64,000 bases of DNA from Escherichia coli (GCF_050320075.1 NZ_CP190018.1), one strand, 5' to 3'; shown: positions 30,529 to 41,276, numbered from the stretch's first letter. Numbers and translations are program-made. The notes: generated from the sequence alone by a model not told the origin.

Positions 30529-31413
30529 TTATTCGATTTTTGCGCCGGGGCATAATTTGTTGAATTCGTCTTGTTTCGCATCAGCACCGCCACCACGTAC
30601 TTCCGGCTCTGGCTTGATGGCTTTCTTTGGTTTTGGAGCAAGGCTTACCTGTTTGCTAATCTGCCCCAAGAGGAATGCTGCGCGAATTGGATCTGTCTCA
30701 GCGGCTACACGCTGGCGTAATTGCTGGCTCTTACCTAAGCCATAGGCGAGTAGTTCAGAGCCTTCGTCTGCACAGTGAATGATGATTTCCTGCTGAATTG
30801 GTGGTAGCTCACTAAGAACAATGGCCTCCATTTCCTGATAATCTTTCACAGGAAGTTTGGCTGCCCGTTGTTTATGCGCTTCTACCCTTTGCTGGAAACG
30901 CTGTTGGTATTCCTGTTGCTGACGTAGTTTTTGTTGCTGCTGCTGTTCGACACGGCCTTTTTTCTCATGCCAATCAGTCAATGCCTGTTCAAACGCCTGT
31001 TCGTCATAATCACACGACTCAAGAGTCGGTTTTGGTGGAATAGCGTCTGGTTGTGGTTGCTGATGTTCCGCAGGCTTGGCTAATGCTTCCTCAAGCTGGC
31101 GGCGCAACTCACGGTTTTCTTTCTGTGTTTCTTTGAAGCCTTTGCGAAGATCTTTCACCCATTGCGGTGCAGGTTGCCCGTCAATGTGATCATCATCGTC
31201 AGCGTTAAGCTGAATTTCTTCATCACCAATACGCAAGGCGTAATCTTCTGGTGTCTCTTCGGTTTTTTCAGGATCAGTTGCCATCTCTTTTCCGTTGTCA
31301 TCCTGGCTTTCATTCTCAGGCTGTGACTCTGTTTGGATGATGGTTTCTTCTGCATTTTCCTGTGTTTCAGACAGGTCAATAACCTGACCGTCGATGATCA
31401 GTTCGTTTTCCAT
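30529..31413 (-). CDS. Scaffolding protein
   Basis: 294 aa, highly acidic N-terminus, Gln/Glu-rich coiled-coil middle; between portal and coat. Confidence 0.7.
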   Translation of the reverse strand: MENELIIDGQVIDLSETQENAEETIIQTESQPENESQDDNGKEMATDPEKTEETPEDYALRIGDEEIQLNADDDDHIDGQPAPQWVKDLRKGFKETQKENRELRRQLEEALAKPAEHQQPQPDAIPPKPTLESCDYDEQAFEQALTDWHEKKGRVEQQQQQKLRQQQEYQQRFQQRVEAHKQRAAKLPVKDYQEMEAIVLSELPPIQQEIIIHCADEGSELLAYGLGKSQQLRQRVAAETDPIRAAFLLGQISKQVSLAPKPKKAIKPEPEVRGGGADAKQDEFNKLCPGAKIE

Positions 31414-31426
31414 TGATTACTCCTGG

Positions 31427-33553
31427 TTAACTCGGCATTAAGTCTGCCGGTGACTGTGGTGGTGACTGGAATTGCTGTTGTTGTGACTCGGCGACATCTT
31501 TCAGAAGGCGTATTGCCTCCATCACTGCTTTGTCATCGATGTTTCTGGCTTGAGCCAGTTTATAGACAGTGTTTGCCTGACTCTCCATCGCATCCTGCTG
31601 GGCAGTAAATGCTTTGATTTGAGTTTGAGCGGTTTCGTTAGTTGCTTTTTGCGCTTCTGCCTGCGCTGCTACCATTTGCGCCTGAGCGAGAACCATTTCA
31701 GGATTTGGCTGGCTTTGTGCTGCCATTTGCGCCTGTTGAACAATCTGCTGCTCTTTCTCATTGCGTGGTTTTGCAATACCAGATATCAGCAGTTGGTTTC
31801 GGTTGTACTCTTTGAAGTCATCAAGGCCTTCGCCATCGATATTGTCCAGAATAATACCCTGAATTGCCGGGCGCATTGGGTCTGTTGGAAGCATAGAGCT
31901 AAGGACATTTGTCAGTACAGAAACCGTTGCATCACGTCGTGCTGTGTAGCTTGGTCCAACATCAACCGTCACATCGTATCGACCGACAGAAAGGTCATTT
32001 AACGCAACAACAGCCCCTGTTTGCCTGTCAACAACCTGTGCGCTCAGGACAGCGATATCATCACTTCCATCTTCGTTAACGATGCGCACTTCACGTTCTG
32101 AACCGTACACTTCACGCGCCATTGACAGCCATACTTCACCAGCGCGTTTAAGACTTTTCGCCATATTGTCCAGATAGATAAACGAAGCCATATCTGCTCT
32201 GTTCATCAAGTTGTTAACCGTTTCCTGAGCAATATTACTTGGCATCTGCTGCATGGCCTGACTGCCGCCTGTAACCTCCTGAATATCTGCACTGGTTTGC
32301 TGTAGTAATGCAGCCAATGCCTGATTCATAACCGCAGGCTGTGTATATCCTGCCGGGGTAGCTCCAGCGATAATGTTGCCAGATTTATCTCTCACTTCGC
32401 GCAACGGCAAGAACGCTGGGCGTTTCTTGTTGCGAGCCTCCCAGTGCTTCTCAAGTCCACGAATTTGCTCCATGCCAACTATAGGGATCTGACCGGGGTC
32501 TTGCGCTGCAGTATCAGCCAGCATTGAAACCTGAAGGTTGTACAAACGCTGTGGATCCATTGCTTTTGCAATGTGCCCTTCGACACGCTCAATGTCATCA
32601 ATGAACCAGCGTTTTCCATAAACCGGGATGAGGGGGATATGCTCACCAGGAATACGTCGAGGTTTCTCAAGGAAACCATCACCATCCACTACGGATACAT
32701 ACACACGACGGCGCTTCACTGAGCGCCTTGCCACTTCCTGAAATCCAGATATTGCCAGTTCATCTTCAATATCTTCAACCTGATCACTGTCGTATGTTGC
32801 AATCTCTCCAGTGATTGGATGTCGATAACTGATGACGTCAACAGACTCTTTACGAACTTCGTAATACTTCGCTATGTAAATAACATCTGCATCAAACCAG
32901 TCATATTCCCAACTGGTCATAGACGTTACATCCAGAGAAGCAGGAGGTTTCTTTCCGTATTCAGCCTCATATTTTTCAGGTGACAACGAATACATGCAGA
33001 ACGCCCACAACGCGTCAGATTTGTCGTACTTCTTAGCGTCAGGGTCAAACCACACAGAGCGCGACGGGTCGTATATTGGTTCAATAGCAATGCGCTGACG
33101 ATCGTCCATGGGGTCGTATTCATTGACCAGCATCGACGTCAAACGGAAGCAACCGAAACCACCAGTAGCAGCGTCGTCAAATGCATTATCGCAAGCCTCA
33201 CCGCCATCAGTTTCTTCGTAGTCAGCACGGAACAGACCATTTAATTTATTGGCTAACTCTTCGCTTGCCTCTCTGTCACCAGGACGAAACTTAACGGTGA
33301 TTCTATTATTGCGGTATTCTGCAATGATGCGGTTAAGTTCAGTTGCTACCTTATTGATTTCAAACTTAGGATACTTCTCGAACTGCTCATCAAGCTTAGT
33401 TCCAGCCGCCGTTGCTCCTTCCCATTGACCTCCGGGGACACGAGCAAACCTCGTAGCTTCAATGCACTTTTCGCGCACTTCCTTCTGTGGAGAATAGGCG
33501 CGGTCAAACCTGAGCATGATCCGCTCATGTTTTTTCTCTAATGTCTCTGCCAT
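31427..33553 (-). CDS. Portal protein (P22 gp1-like)
   Basis: 'KRRRVYVSV...GEHIPLIPVYG' match P22 portal motifs; 708 aa from Met 3 bp downstream of TerL stop. Confidence 0.85.
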   Translation of the reverse strand: MAETLEKKHERIMLRFDRAYSPQKEVREKCIEATRFARVPGGQWEGATAAGTKLDEQFEKYPKFEINKVATELNRIIAEYRNNRITVKFRPGDREASEELANKLNGLFRADYEETDGGEACDNAFDDAATGGFGCFRLTSMLVNEYDPMDDRQRIAIEPIYDPSRSVWFDPDAKKYDKSDALWAFCMYSLSPEKYEAEYGKKPPASLDVTSMTSWEYDWFDADVIYIAKYYEVRKESVDVISYRHPITGEIATYDSDQVEDIEDELAISGFQEVARRSVKRRRVYVSVVDGDGFLEKPRRIPGEHIPLIPVYGKRWFIDDIERVEGHIAKAMDPQRLYNLQVSMLADTAAQDPGQIPIVGMEQIRGLEKHWEARNKKRPAFLPLREVRDKSGNIIAGATPAGYTQPAVMNQALAALLQQTSADIQEVTGGSQAMQQMPSNIAQETVNNLMNRADMASFIYLDNMAKSLKRAGEVWLSMAREVYGSEREVRIVNEDGSDDIAVLSAQVVDRQTGAVVALNDLSVGRYDVTVDVGPSYTARRDATVSVLTNVLSSMLPTDPMRPAIQGIILDNIDGEGLDDFKEYNRNQLLISGIAKPRNEKEQQIVQQAQMAAQSQPNPEMVLAQAQMVAAQAEAQKATNETAQTQIKAFTAQQDAMESQANTVYKLAQARNIDDKAVMEAIRLLKDVAESQQQQFQSPPQSPADLMPS

Positions 33554-33555
33554 GT

Positions 33556-34968
33556 TTACCAACCGGAGGATGAGGGAACGTATATTTCTGTTTCTTCGCG
33601 GACCAATGCCGGGCAATGCATACACATCATCAGCGCATCAGCCAGGTTAGGAGATGGAATACCGAGCTTCTGCTTCATTTCGACCTTAGTCATTAGCTCA
33701 AGCTTCCCGTTGTTATTGAATTTGCGCTGAATCTGCGTCAGTTCTGCAAACAGCTTCTCCAGCATCTTCTCGCCTATCGCTTCTTTGTCGAAGCTCAGCA
33801 TGTCGTCGGGGTCTGCATACTCACCGTGGACAACCGCCCGATATGTCAGATACAGCCTGTCAGCCAGCGCGTAATAGAATTGCGCTCGCTTATTGCGGAA
33901 TACATCGCCAATAGTGCGAACGTTGTCGCCCTGTACGACTTCATCAGCCCATGCTCCGGCCTGATAAGGCCCATCTTCATCGAATGGCGATTCGCTGCCC
34001 TTGAACATCGTGGCGGTAATTTTCTTGCCGGAGAATGCTTCCGTTGTCTGTCTGCGTAGCCCTGCACCGACACCATCGCCATCCCACAGGTAATGGTCAG
34101 CGCCGTCTTCAATCGCCAGCGAAGTAGCCCAGTCAGCACCCTCGTTGATGTCCATCAGCAGACCTTCGGCAATGCGCTTAACCACCGAACCGTGACGCGA
34201 TGCGTAACCTTTAGCATCTGGCCCTGTATCTGATGGATCATGTGCAGAGACAACAGCGCCTTTCGCTTTCCATCCGAGTTTCTTGTGCGCATCGGTTGCG
34301 GCTTCAAGCCATTCACGTTTGATGATTGCCATATCACTTGCGCTTACTGGCTCACCAAGCCAGATGTGACGATACAGTGTCGGGTTTCTGCGTTTACACT
34401 CTTCCATCTCCAGACGGAGAACTTCAGGAAAGTGCGGGTTGTCGGTGTAGTTCACCGTCAGCAGGCAAATATCATCTGGAGGATTTATGACGAATCGCTG
34501 ATAGGTATCGTCGAGAATGTTTTTCGGGTTAAAGCTCACCCATATTTCGGAAAACGGCTTGCGGATGGTTGGTATCAGGATATCCCATGATTCCTTCGTT
34601 ACCGCTTCCGCTTCCTCCACCCAGCAAATATCAATACCTTCTAGCGATTTAATCTTCGTCGGGTTGTTTTTGATGCCGTAGAACATGAATTCAGCATTCG
34701 TTCCGAGATGACGAATCATGGAACGCTGAATTTCAAACTCAGCCGAATAGCCTTCCCGCTCTATGGTGTCTTCAAGCAACCGGATTACCGAATCGCTGAT
34801 ACTGTTTTGCAGTTCACGAGCGCAGAGAATACGCACTGGCTGCCGACGCGCCGCTTCAACAAGCAGCCTCGCAATTGCCCATGACTTACCGCTACCTCGA
34901 CCGCCTTTGGCGACTTTGTAGCGATGCGCCTCAATGAACGGTTCAAAGATAGGATTAATCGAGGTCAT
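33556..34968 (-). CDS. Terminase large subunit
   Basis: 470 aa; Walker A 'GGRGSGKS'; follows small subunit. Confidence 0.9.
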   Translation of the reverse strand: MTSINPIFEPFIEAHRYKVAKGGRGSGKSWAIARLLVEAARRQPVRILCARELQNSISDSVIRLLEDTIEREGYSAEFEIQRSMIRHLGTNAEFMFYGIKNNPTKIKSLEGIDICWVEEAEAVTKESWDILIPTIRKPFSEIWVSFNPKNILDDTYQRFVINPPDDICLLTVNYTDNPHFPEVLRLEMEECKRRNPTLYRHIWLGEPVSASDMAIIKREWLEAATDAHKKLGWKAKGAVVSAHDPSDTGPDAKGYASRHGSVVKRIAEGLLMDINEGADWATSLAIEDGADHYLWDGDGVGAGLRRQTTEAFSGKKITATMFKGSESPFDEDGPYQAGAWADEVVQGDNVRTIGDVFRNKRAQFYYALADRLYLTYRAVVHGEYADPDDMLSFDKEAIGEKMLEKLFAELTQIQRKFNNNGKLELMTKVEMKQKLGIPSPNLADALMMCMHCPALVREETEIYVPSSSGW

Positions 34969-35405
34969 TTTCCGAATAGAGTGCTCATCGGTGATGTTTC
35001 AATCTGAATTGCGCCGCCGTCTTTGCCTGTTAGCTCGTGATCAACCTTGTCGCGCCATTTATCCTTCTGTCGGTTCTTAAGCCAGAAAATGGCAGCGGTT
35101 GTATCAGGCGGGTAATACTTCTCAAGCGGAGTTTCGACAATTCTGTTTTCAATAACACGAATATCGATATCTGGAGCCACGAAGCCCATAGCGCGTTGAT
35201 AAAGACGATCACTAACTTCTGCATCAGCGACGGCCTTACCCTTTTTTATGGACTCCGAAAACTTAGGATAATCAAGCTTCCACTTGTTAATAGTTGACTC
35301 ACTGACTTCAAAGAAATCAGCAAGTTCTGCATCGGTGTAGCCCAGCAAGCACAGTTTGCGTGCCTGTTCGGCATACGCCTCTTGATACTTTGTTGGGCGC
35401 GCCAT
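34965..35405 (-). CDS. Terminase small subunit
   Basis: 146 aa; HTH-like N-terminus; overlaps TerL start. Confidence 0.7.
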   Translation of the reverse strand: MARPTKYQEAYAEQARKLCLLGYTDAELADFFEVSESTINKWKLDYPKFSESIKKGKAVADAEVSDRLYQRAMGFVAPDIDIRVIENRIVETPLEKYYPPDTTAAIFWLKNRQKDKWRDKVDHELTGKDGGAIQIETSPMSTLFGK

Positions 35406-35407
35406 GT

Positions 35408-35650
35408 TTATGCTCCGGTGGTGAACAGGTCTAACGCTTCCTTCGATTTACGCACCGCTTCGATAGTGCGGGTCGTGATATCCGAATTAGCGCCGCCTGA
35501 CTGGAAGTGAATTTTGAATAGCTCAAGCTTCAGCTCGTCAGTGCCAATGAACTGAAATGCTTCTTCTGCGGCTGCGTTCTGGTTCATGACCAGCTTGTAA
35601 ATCTCTAACTGGAATTTCTGTTCTTCAGTCATGGGAATAATCTCTGCCAT
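35408..35650 (-). CDS. Hypothetical phage protein (80 aa)
   Basis: ORF immediately upstream of terminase small subunit. Confidence 0.45.
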   Translation of the reverse strand: MAEIIPMTEEQKFQLEIYKLVMNQNAAAEEAFQFIGTDELKLELFKIHFQSGGANSDITTRTIEAVRKSKEALDLFTTGA

Positions 35651-35890
35651 TATTGGCTCCGTTTATCCGTTAAAAGGGATATCAGTTAAGTTATCCCGTG
35701 CAGGGTATAAGCCATTATCAAAGCCACTCTGTAGGGAATGGATTTTGTGATGGCAATAAAAAACCGCCCGTAGGCGGCAAAATTAATGTTTCGTAATTGC
35801 GTCAGATCATTAACCATAGTTATTGTGTAGCTGCTTTGTGTCGTTGGGGTGAACGACGAAAAAGCGAACAACATAATTAATGAGGTGACT

Positions 35891-36421
35891 ATGGAAGTCG
35901 AAAAAATGCTGGTCAAGGACCGGAAGTGTGGCTCTTGCTCAGTTTGCTGTGTTTCTTTGGCAATAGATGAGCCCGAATTGAAAAAAAAGCATGCGGTACC
36001 GTGTACCTATCTCAGGCCTCAGGGTGGTTGCTCGATCTATGCTGATCGACCGTCATTGTGCAAAACATGGCACTGCGGATGGCGGATGATGCCTTTCATG
36101 GGGCCTGCGTTAAGACCAGATCGGTCCAATCTCCTAGTGCGCTTCACGGGAGAATGTTGGATTTTCGGTGATGCTGACGACCAAAGGGAATCTGCATTAA
36201 TGAATAATGATACTTTAAACGCAATGAGCGCTCTGGTCTCGCGTAATATGAAAGTTTCAGTATCAGTTCCAACTAAGCCGGGTTATTGCGACGCTGAACA
36301 TGTCATCAATGATGATATTATGGAGGCGGTAAAAGAACGGTCTTTGTCAAAAGTTAAAGAAATAATTTGGACAGTAATTTGCCGGTGCAAAGTCTCCGCG
36401 ACCAACCCGCGAAAGCAATAA
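35891..36421 (+). CDS. YkgJ-family cysteine-cluster protein (CxxCxxCC zinc/iron-binding) - opposite-strand moron
   Basis: 'CGSCSVCC...VPCTYLRPQGGCSIYADRPSLCKTWHCGW' fits the YkgJ/UPF0153 pattern; SD 'gaggtg' before ATG; AT-rich upstream. Confidence 0.55.
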   Translation: MEVEKMLVKDRKCGSCSVCCVSLAIDEPELKKKHAVPCTYLRPQGGCSIYADRPSLCKTWHCGWRMMPFMGPALRPDRSNLLVRFTGECWIFGDADDQRESALMNNDTLNAMSALVSRNMKVSVSVPTKPGYCDAEHVINDDIMEAVKERSLSKVKEIIWTVICRCKVSATNPRKQ

Positions 36422-36457
36422 ATTAAGCTGAACGCCAAATTTATCCGAAATTTGGCG

Positions 36458-36646
36458 TTACATTAATTCAAATGTCGGCATAGCCAACCAATCATCTGGT
36501 AAGCATGTGTTTTCGACAGACTGCATTAACCGCTCATCACTTCGACATGTGAAAGTTTCTTTGTGACCGAGCGAGCCCTGTGAAGAATTAGGGCAATCCA
36601 TATCTTCACCTGTTTTTTTCACTAGAGCGTTATTAATCTCAATCAT
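36458..36646 (-). CDS. Small hypothetical protein (62 aa)
   Basis: ORF between Rz and terminase region. Confidence 0.3.
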   Translation of the reverse strand: MIEINNALVKKTGEDMDCPNSSQGSLGHKETFTCRSDERLMQSVENTCLPDDWLAMPTFELM

Positions 36647-36871
36647 TGTGAGTTCCAGACCTCAGACTAATTAATTTCAACCCCACTATTGCGAGGCTAA
36701 ATCCTGGTATTTGTAATGACTGGCTCTTATCTCAACGCAGCCCCTTACCGCGCGCAAGATGCTCAATATCAAGCATCAGCAATGAGATGTTTAATCTGGA
36801 TTCACTCCAGAAGTGATCACCACCCTGTCTACAGAGCCAGATGTGAAGGATGATGAGTAAAATTATCGCTA

Positions 36872-37309
36872 TCATCGAAGGCATTGCGTCCTGATGTACT
36901 CCTGCAGGTAGTTAACCTGCGCGGTTATCCTGTCGATTCCACTTCGGAGACGGTAATAATTGAGTTCAGCATCTGCTGTAAGTCTTGGGCTTTCTCCATC
37001 GCCCATGCTGCTGGCTCCGGTCGTTGACTTTGCACAGGTGGCGGCGACTTGCAGGCGTTTACGACCAGCAGAAACATCAGCACGGAGACTTTCGATAGTC
37101 GCGTTAGCATCAGCAAGCTCCTTTGTGTATCTGGCGTCGAGTTCTGCTACATCATGTTGCCGCTTCTGCATATCAGCGATAATAGATGTGGCTTTATCGC
37201 GCTGTTCTTTATAGGTAATGGCGTTATCACGGTAATGATTAACAGCCCATGACAGGCAGACGATGATGCAGATAACCAGAGCGGAGATAATCGCGGTTAC
37301 TCTGCTCAT
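36872..37309 (-). CDS. Rz: i-spanin Rz
   Basis: '[34 protein letters not shown]' near-identical to lambda Rz N-terminus. Confidence 0.9.
   Translation of the reverse strand: MSRVTAIISALVICIIVCLSWAVNHYRDNAITYKEQRDKATSIIADMQKRQHDVAELDARYTKELADANATIESLRADVSAGRKRLQVAATCAKSTTGASSMGDGESPRLTADAELNYYRLRSGIDRITAQVNYLQEYIRTQCLR
36925..37116 (-). CDS. Rz1: o-spanin Rz1 (embedded in +1 frame of Rz)
   Basis: Signal peptide + lipobox Cys + proline-rich '[17 protein letters not shown]' embedded in Rz. Confidence 0.7.
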   Translation of the reverse strand: MLMLTRLSKVSVLMFLLVVNACKSPPPVQSQRPEPAAWAMEKAQDLQQMLNSIITVSEVESTG

Positions 37310-37782
37310 ACCTCAATCTCTCTGACCGTTCCGCCAGCCTCTTTGAATTTTGCAATCAGGCTGTCAGCCTTATGCTCGAACTGACCATAACCAGCCCCCG
37401 GCAGTGAAGCCCAGATATTGCTGCAACGGTCGATAGCCTGACGGATATCACCGCGATCAATCATCGGCAAAGCGCCACGCTCCTTAATCTGCTGCAGCGC
37501 AACAGCGTCCTGGCTTTTGGGAGAGAAGTCTTTCAGTCCAAGCTGCTTGCGGTAAGCATCCCACCAACGGGAAAGAAGCTGGTAACGTCCGGCTGCTGTT
37601 GATTTGAGTTTTGGGTTTAGCGTGACAAGTTTGCGAGGGTGATCGGAGTAATCAGTGAATAGCTCTCCTCCTACAATGACGTCATAACCATGATTTCTGG
37701 TTTTCTGACGTCCGTTATCAGTTCCCTCTGACCACGCCAGCATATCGAGGAACGCCTTACGTTGATTATTGATTTCCACCAT
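37306..37782 (-). CDS. R: Endolysin R (lambda-type transglycosylase)
   Basis: 158 aa, near-identical to lambda R. Confidence 0.95.
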   Translation of the reverse strand: MVEINNQRKAFLDMLAWSEGTDNGRQKTRNHGYDVIVGGELFTDYSDHPRKLVTLNPKLKSTAAGRYQLLSRWWDAYRKQLGLKDFSPKSQDAVALQQIKERGALPMIDRGDIRQAIDRCSNIWASLPGAGYGQFEHKADSLIAKFKEAGGTVREIEV

Positions 37783-38089
37783 CTTCTACTCCGGCTTTTT
37801 TAGCAGCGAAGCGTTTGAGAAGCGAACCAATCGAGTCAGTACCGATGTAGCCGATGAACACGCTCGTTATATAAGCGAGATTGCTACTTAGTCCGGCGAA
37901 GTCGAGAAGGTCACGAATGAACCAGGCGATAATGGCGCACATCGTTGCGTCGATTACTGTTTTTGTAAACGCACCGCCATTATATCTGCCGCGAAGGTAC
38001 GCCATTGCAAACGCAAGGATTGCCCCGATGCCTTGTTCCTTTGCCGCGAGAATGGCGGCTAACAGGTCATGTTTTTCTGGCATCTTCAT
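37766..38089 (-). CDS. S: Holin S
   Basis: 107 aa '[41 protein letters not shown]' near-identical to lambda S. Confidence 0.95.
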   Translation of the reverse strand: MKMPEKHDLLAAILAAKEQGIGAILAFAMAYLRGRYNGGAFTKTVIDATMCAIIAWFIRDLLDFAGLSSNLAYITSVFIGYIGTDSIGSLLKRFAAKKAGVEDGGNQ

Positions 38090-38488
38090 GTCTTACCCCC
38101 AATAAGGGGATTTGCTCTATTTAATTAGGAATAAGGTCGATTACTGATAGAACAAATCCAGGCTACTGTGTTTAGTAATCAGATTTGTTCGTGACCGATA
38201 TGCACGGGCAAAACGGCAGGAGGTTGTTAGCGCGACCTCCTGCCACCCGCTTTCACGAAGATCATGTGTAGAAGGCCGCAGCGTAACTATCACTGATGAA
38301 TTCAGGATAGCCAGTGGCTACGGCTCAGTTTTGGTTGTGCTGTTGCTGGGCGGCGATGACGCCTGTACGCATTTGGTGATCCGGTTCTGCTTCCGGCATT
38401 CGCTTAATTCAGCACAACGATAAGAGCACTCGGTGCATTTAAGCCAAGCCCCATAAGGGAGAATGCTCTTACCTGTTGCACAGGTATA

Positions 38489-38513
38489 AAAAATCCCGAA
38501 ACCGTTATGCAGG
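38489..38513 (-). terminator. tR'-like terminator of pR' leader (6S RNA)
   Basis: Minus-strand 'gcctgcataacggtttcgggatttttta' matches lambda tR'. Confidence 0.75.
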
Positions 38514-38730
38514 CTCTAACTATTACCTGCGAACTGTTTCGGGATTGCATTTTGCAGACCTCTCAGCCTGCGATGGTTGGAGTTCCAGACGATACGTCGA
38601 AGTGACCAACTAGGCGGAATCGGTAGTAAGCGCCGCCTCTTTTTATCTCACTACCACAACGAGCGAATTAACCCATCGTTGGGTCAAATTTACCCAAGTT
38701 TATTCAAAAAGTCAATATTATGCCGTTAAT
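38514..38730 (-). promoter_or_regulatory. Late promoter pR' with qut site and 6S leader
   Basis: Minus-strand 'ttgactttttgaataaacttgggtaaatttgacccaacgatgggttaattcgctcgttgtggtagtgag' closely matches lambda pR'/qut. Confidence 0.7.
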
Positions 38731-38757
38731 ATGTTGCCATCCGTGGCAATCATGCTG

Positions 38758-39381
38758 CTAACGTGTGACCGTATTCAAAATGTTGTCTGCGATTGACTCT
38801 TCTTTGTGGCATTGCACCACCAGAGCGTCATACAGCGGCTTAACAGTGCGTGACCAGGTGGGTTGAGTAAGGTTTGGGATTAGCATCGTTACAGCGCGAT
38901 ATGCGGCGCTTGCTGGCATTCTTGAATAGCCGACACCTTTGCATCTTCCGCATTCTTTCTCAACAACTATCCCCCACAGCTCTGTTTTTGATATATCAAC
39001 CGCACGGCCTGTACCGTGGCAATCTCTGCATCTTGCGCCCGGCGTCGCGGCACTACGGCAATAATCCGCATAAGCGAATGTTGCGAGCACTTGCAGTACC
39101 TTTGCCTTAGTATTTCCTTCAAGCTTTGCAACGCCACGGTATTTCCCCGATACCTTGTGTGCAAACTGCATCAGATAGTTGATAGCCTTTTGTTTGTCGT
39201 TCTGGCTGAGTTCGTGCTTACCGCAAAATGCAGCCATTCCGAATCCGGCTTGTGATTGCGCCATCCCCATAGCAGCCATCACATCAGTACCGGAAAGAGA
39301 GTCAGAAGCCGTAGCCCGTGGTGAGTCACTCATCATCGGGCTTTTTGGCGAATGAAATTTAGCTACGCTTTCGAGTCTCAT
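38758..39381 (-). CDS. Q: Late antiterminator Q (lambda-type)
   Basis: 207 aa, near-identical to lambda Q including 'CRDCHGTGR...CGRCKG' zinc finger. Confidence 0.9.
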   Translation of the reverse strand: MRLESVAKFHSPKSPMMSDSPRATASDSLSGTDVMAAMGMAQSQAGFGMAAFCGKHELSQNDKQKAINYLMQFAHKVSGKYRGVAKLEGNTKAKVLQVLATFAYADYCRSAATPGARCRDCHGTGRAVDISKTELWGIVVEKECGRCKGVGYSRMPASAAYRAVTMLIPNLTQPTWSRTVKPLYDALVVQCHKEESIADNILNTVTR

Positions 39382-39566
39382 GGCCTTCCCCTTTTGCCCT
39401 GCTTGACCATCAGGACGCCGTTAACTATTACGTGACGCTCGCCTTTGCTGTCTCGGTTGTACTTGAGCACTGTTCCTCTTGCGCAGGAAAGCATCCTTGC
39501 CACTTCGGTCTGATTGCCTCGTGTCTGGATAAGAAGCTCTGGTATCGTTTGAATTGTGGCGTTCAT
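39378..39566 (-). CDS. Small hypothetical nin-region protein (62 aa)
   Basis: Overlaps rusA stop and Q start. Confidence 0.45.
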   Translation of the reverse strand: MNATIQTIPELLIQTRGNQTEVARMLSCARGTVLKYNRDSKGERHVIVNGVLMVKQGKRGRP

Positions 39567-39925
39567 GCGTTCTCCAGTTCGGTGATTTTTATTCCAAGCC
39601 TTCCGCCTGGTACTTTCACGCCACGAATTACGCGAATGTCATCGAATTGCTCGTCGTCTTCCGCAAATCCGGCGTGGATAAGGGAGTCGAGTAAACCTTT
39701 CAGGATGTTGTCGAGGTCGCGACGGCGGGAGTCCGGAACATCTACGATGACTTTGATGCGGAGTCGTGATTTGGTGAAAATGTCTAACTTAAGTTGGCGG
39801 ATGATTTGCTGAACGTCTTTTCGGTATTTCTGGCCTTTATCGCTGATGTAGTATTGGCTTCCCCGTCTTCGCCAGTAGGTGTTCAGCGACGGCGGGTATG
39901 GAAGCACAAACTGATATTCGTTCAT
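39563..39925 (-). CDS. rusA: Holliday junction resolvase RusA
   Basis: 120 aa 'MNEYQFVLPYPPSLNTYW...' RusA signature. Confidence 0.85.
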   Translation of the reverse strand: MNEYQFVLPYPPSLNTYWRRRGSQYYISDKGQKYRKDVQQIIRQLKLDIFTKSRLRIKVIVDVPDSRRRDLDNILKGLLDSLIHAGFAEDDEQFDDIRVIRGVKVPGGRLGIKITELENA

Positions 39926-40212
39926 GACTTAATCTTCCCCTCCTTCAGCAGTATCGCCTGCGTCCTGATAACGCCTTCGAGGTGGTAAAGTCTGGTGTCT
40001 TTGTTGTCGAGGTTATGGGTGCGTCGGTCGATTTCATCGTGACACGCGCTACAAGCCCATGCGCCGATCAGGTCGTCAGGCTTCATTCCCGTTCCGCAAA
40101 TTCCAGCCATCCGGTAATGTGCCAGAACTGTAGTTTCAGGATTGCCATTGCATATGCCGTAAATACGTACCTGGCATTCTCTGCCGCGCGCTTCTTTGCG
40201 TAGATTAGCCAT
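39922..40212 (-). CDS. DUF1364/YbcO-like Cys-rich nin-region protein (putative nuclease)
   Basis: 96 aa with multiple Cys/His 'CQVRIYGICNG...CSACHDE'. Confidence 0.55.
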   Translation of the reverse strand: MANLRKEARGRECQVRIYGICNGNPETTVLAHYRMAGICGTGMKPDDLIGAWACSACHDEIDRRTHNLDNKDTRLYHLEGVIRTQAILLKEGKIKS

Positions 40213-40934
40213 TAAGCAGCCTCACCTGTTACTTTCAGCATTCCGTTATCGAGCAGCTTTCTGGTCAGCCACTGTTGACCACGCCCGGTGATTTTTGTGG
40301 TGAACGATATCTGTATTCCGTGATTTGTGTTGACCGCTGTTTCTTTCACTGTGAAATAGCCGCGATCCATATATTCCTGCATTGGCACATTGCGCCGGGA
40401 ACCTGAAGCAATAAGGATTTTGTGATCGCGCATCCACGCAAACAGTTTGTTTGGACCAATACCGACAACTTTTGCAAAGTTTCCAATCAAAATTCCGCTG
40501 GCCTCGCCAACGCGATCGGCAAACTCAACTTTAGGTGCGGCAATTGCGAGCTGGTTTTCCAGTTGCATTTTCTGCTCAGCAAGATCAGCAGCAAGGCGCA
40601 ACGCTTCTGGTAGCGTTTTGGGGATATTAACCGCAGCTTCTTCAAGCTCTCGCCAACGGTCAACAAGGCGAGCGGTGAACTCTGGCGACAACTGGGCAAC
40701 AACGACAATACTATCTCGCTTACCTTGTTCGCCTTCGAAGACGTAATGCTCGTACTGAACATTGAACCCTAAGTTATTGATTCTTTCGAAAACCTCAATT
40801 TGAGGAAGCCGGATAACACCATTTTTAGCCAGCGTTTCGATGGTACGCTTCACATTGTCATGACGCTTACCAACCAACTCAGCGATTTCAATGCTTGTCA
40901 TTTTGATGGCATTGCCATTTATTAACTCATTCAT
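40212..40934 (-). CDS. Rha-family phage regulatory/antirepressor-like protein
   Basis: 240 aa; N-terminal 'MTSIEIAELVGKRHDNVKRTIETL' Rha-type motif. Confidence 0.6.
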   Translation of the reverse strand: MNELINGNAIKMTSIEIAELVGKRHDNVKRTIETLAKNGVIRLPQIEVFERINNLGFNVQYEHYVFEGEQGKRDSIVVVAQLSPEFTARLVDRWRELEEAAVNIPKTLPEALRLAADLAEQKMQLENQLAIAAPKVEFADRVGEASGILIGNFAKVVGIGPNKLFAWMRDHKILIASGSRRNVPMQEYMDRGYFTVKETAVNTNHGIQISFTTKITGRGQQWLTRKLLDNGMLKVTGEAA

Positions 40935-41097
40935 CGTCTTCTTCCTCGTACATTGAACTATTCGGATCGCTCATCAGTTCTGCGCAGCAATCGGAGCACA
41001 CGTGAACTTCCAGCACATGCAGCTTCTGACCGCAGTTAGCGCACGTTAAAGCCCGCTCGACGCTTTCTTGTTCGTAACTTCGATTTGGGTCAATCAC
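40927..41097 (-). CDS. ninF: NinF-like protein (GTG start, not in ORF track)
   Basis: 56-aa frame '[56 protein letters not shown]' nearly identical to lambda NinF; GTGA overlap with ninE stop. Confidence 0.55.
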   Translation of the reverse strand: MIDPNRSYEQESVERALTCANCGQKLHVLEVHVCSDCCAELMSDPNSSMYEEEDDE

Positions 41098-41276
41098 CTT
41101 GTTTTCCTCGCACGTTCTCTAAGCCACCGGATATCCCACAGGTGAGCCGTGTAGTTGAAGGTTTTTACGTCAGATTCTTTTGGGATTGGCTTGCGTTTAT
41201 TTCTGGAGCGTTTCGTTGGAAGGTATTTGCAGTTTTCGCAGATTATGTCGGTGATGCTTCGTCGCTGTCGTCTCAT
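41094..41276 (-). CDS. ninE: NinE-like protein
   Basis: 60 aa basic protein in ninE position. Confidence 0.5.
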   Translation of the reverse strand: MRRQRRSITDIICENCKYLPTKRSRNKRKPIPKESDVKTFNYTAHLWDIRWLRERARKTR

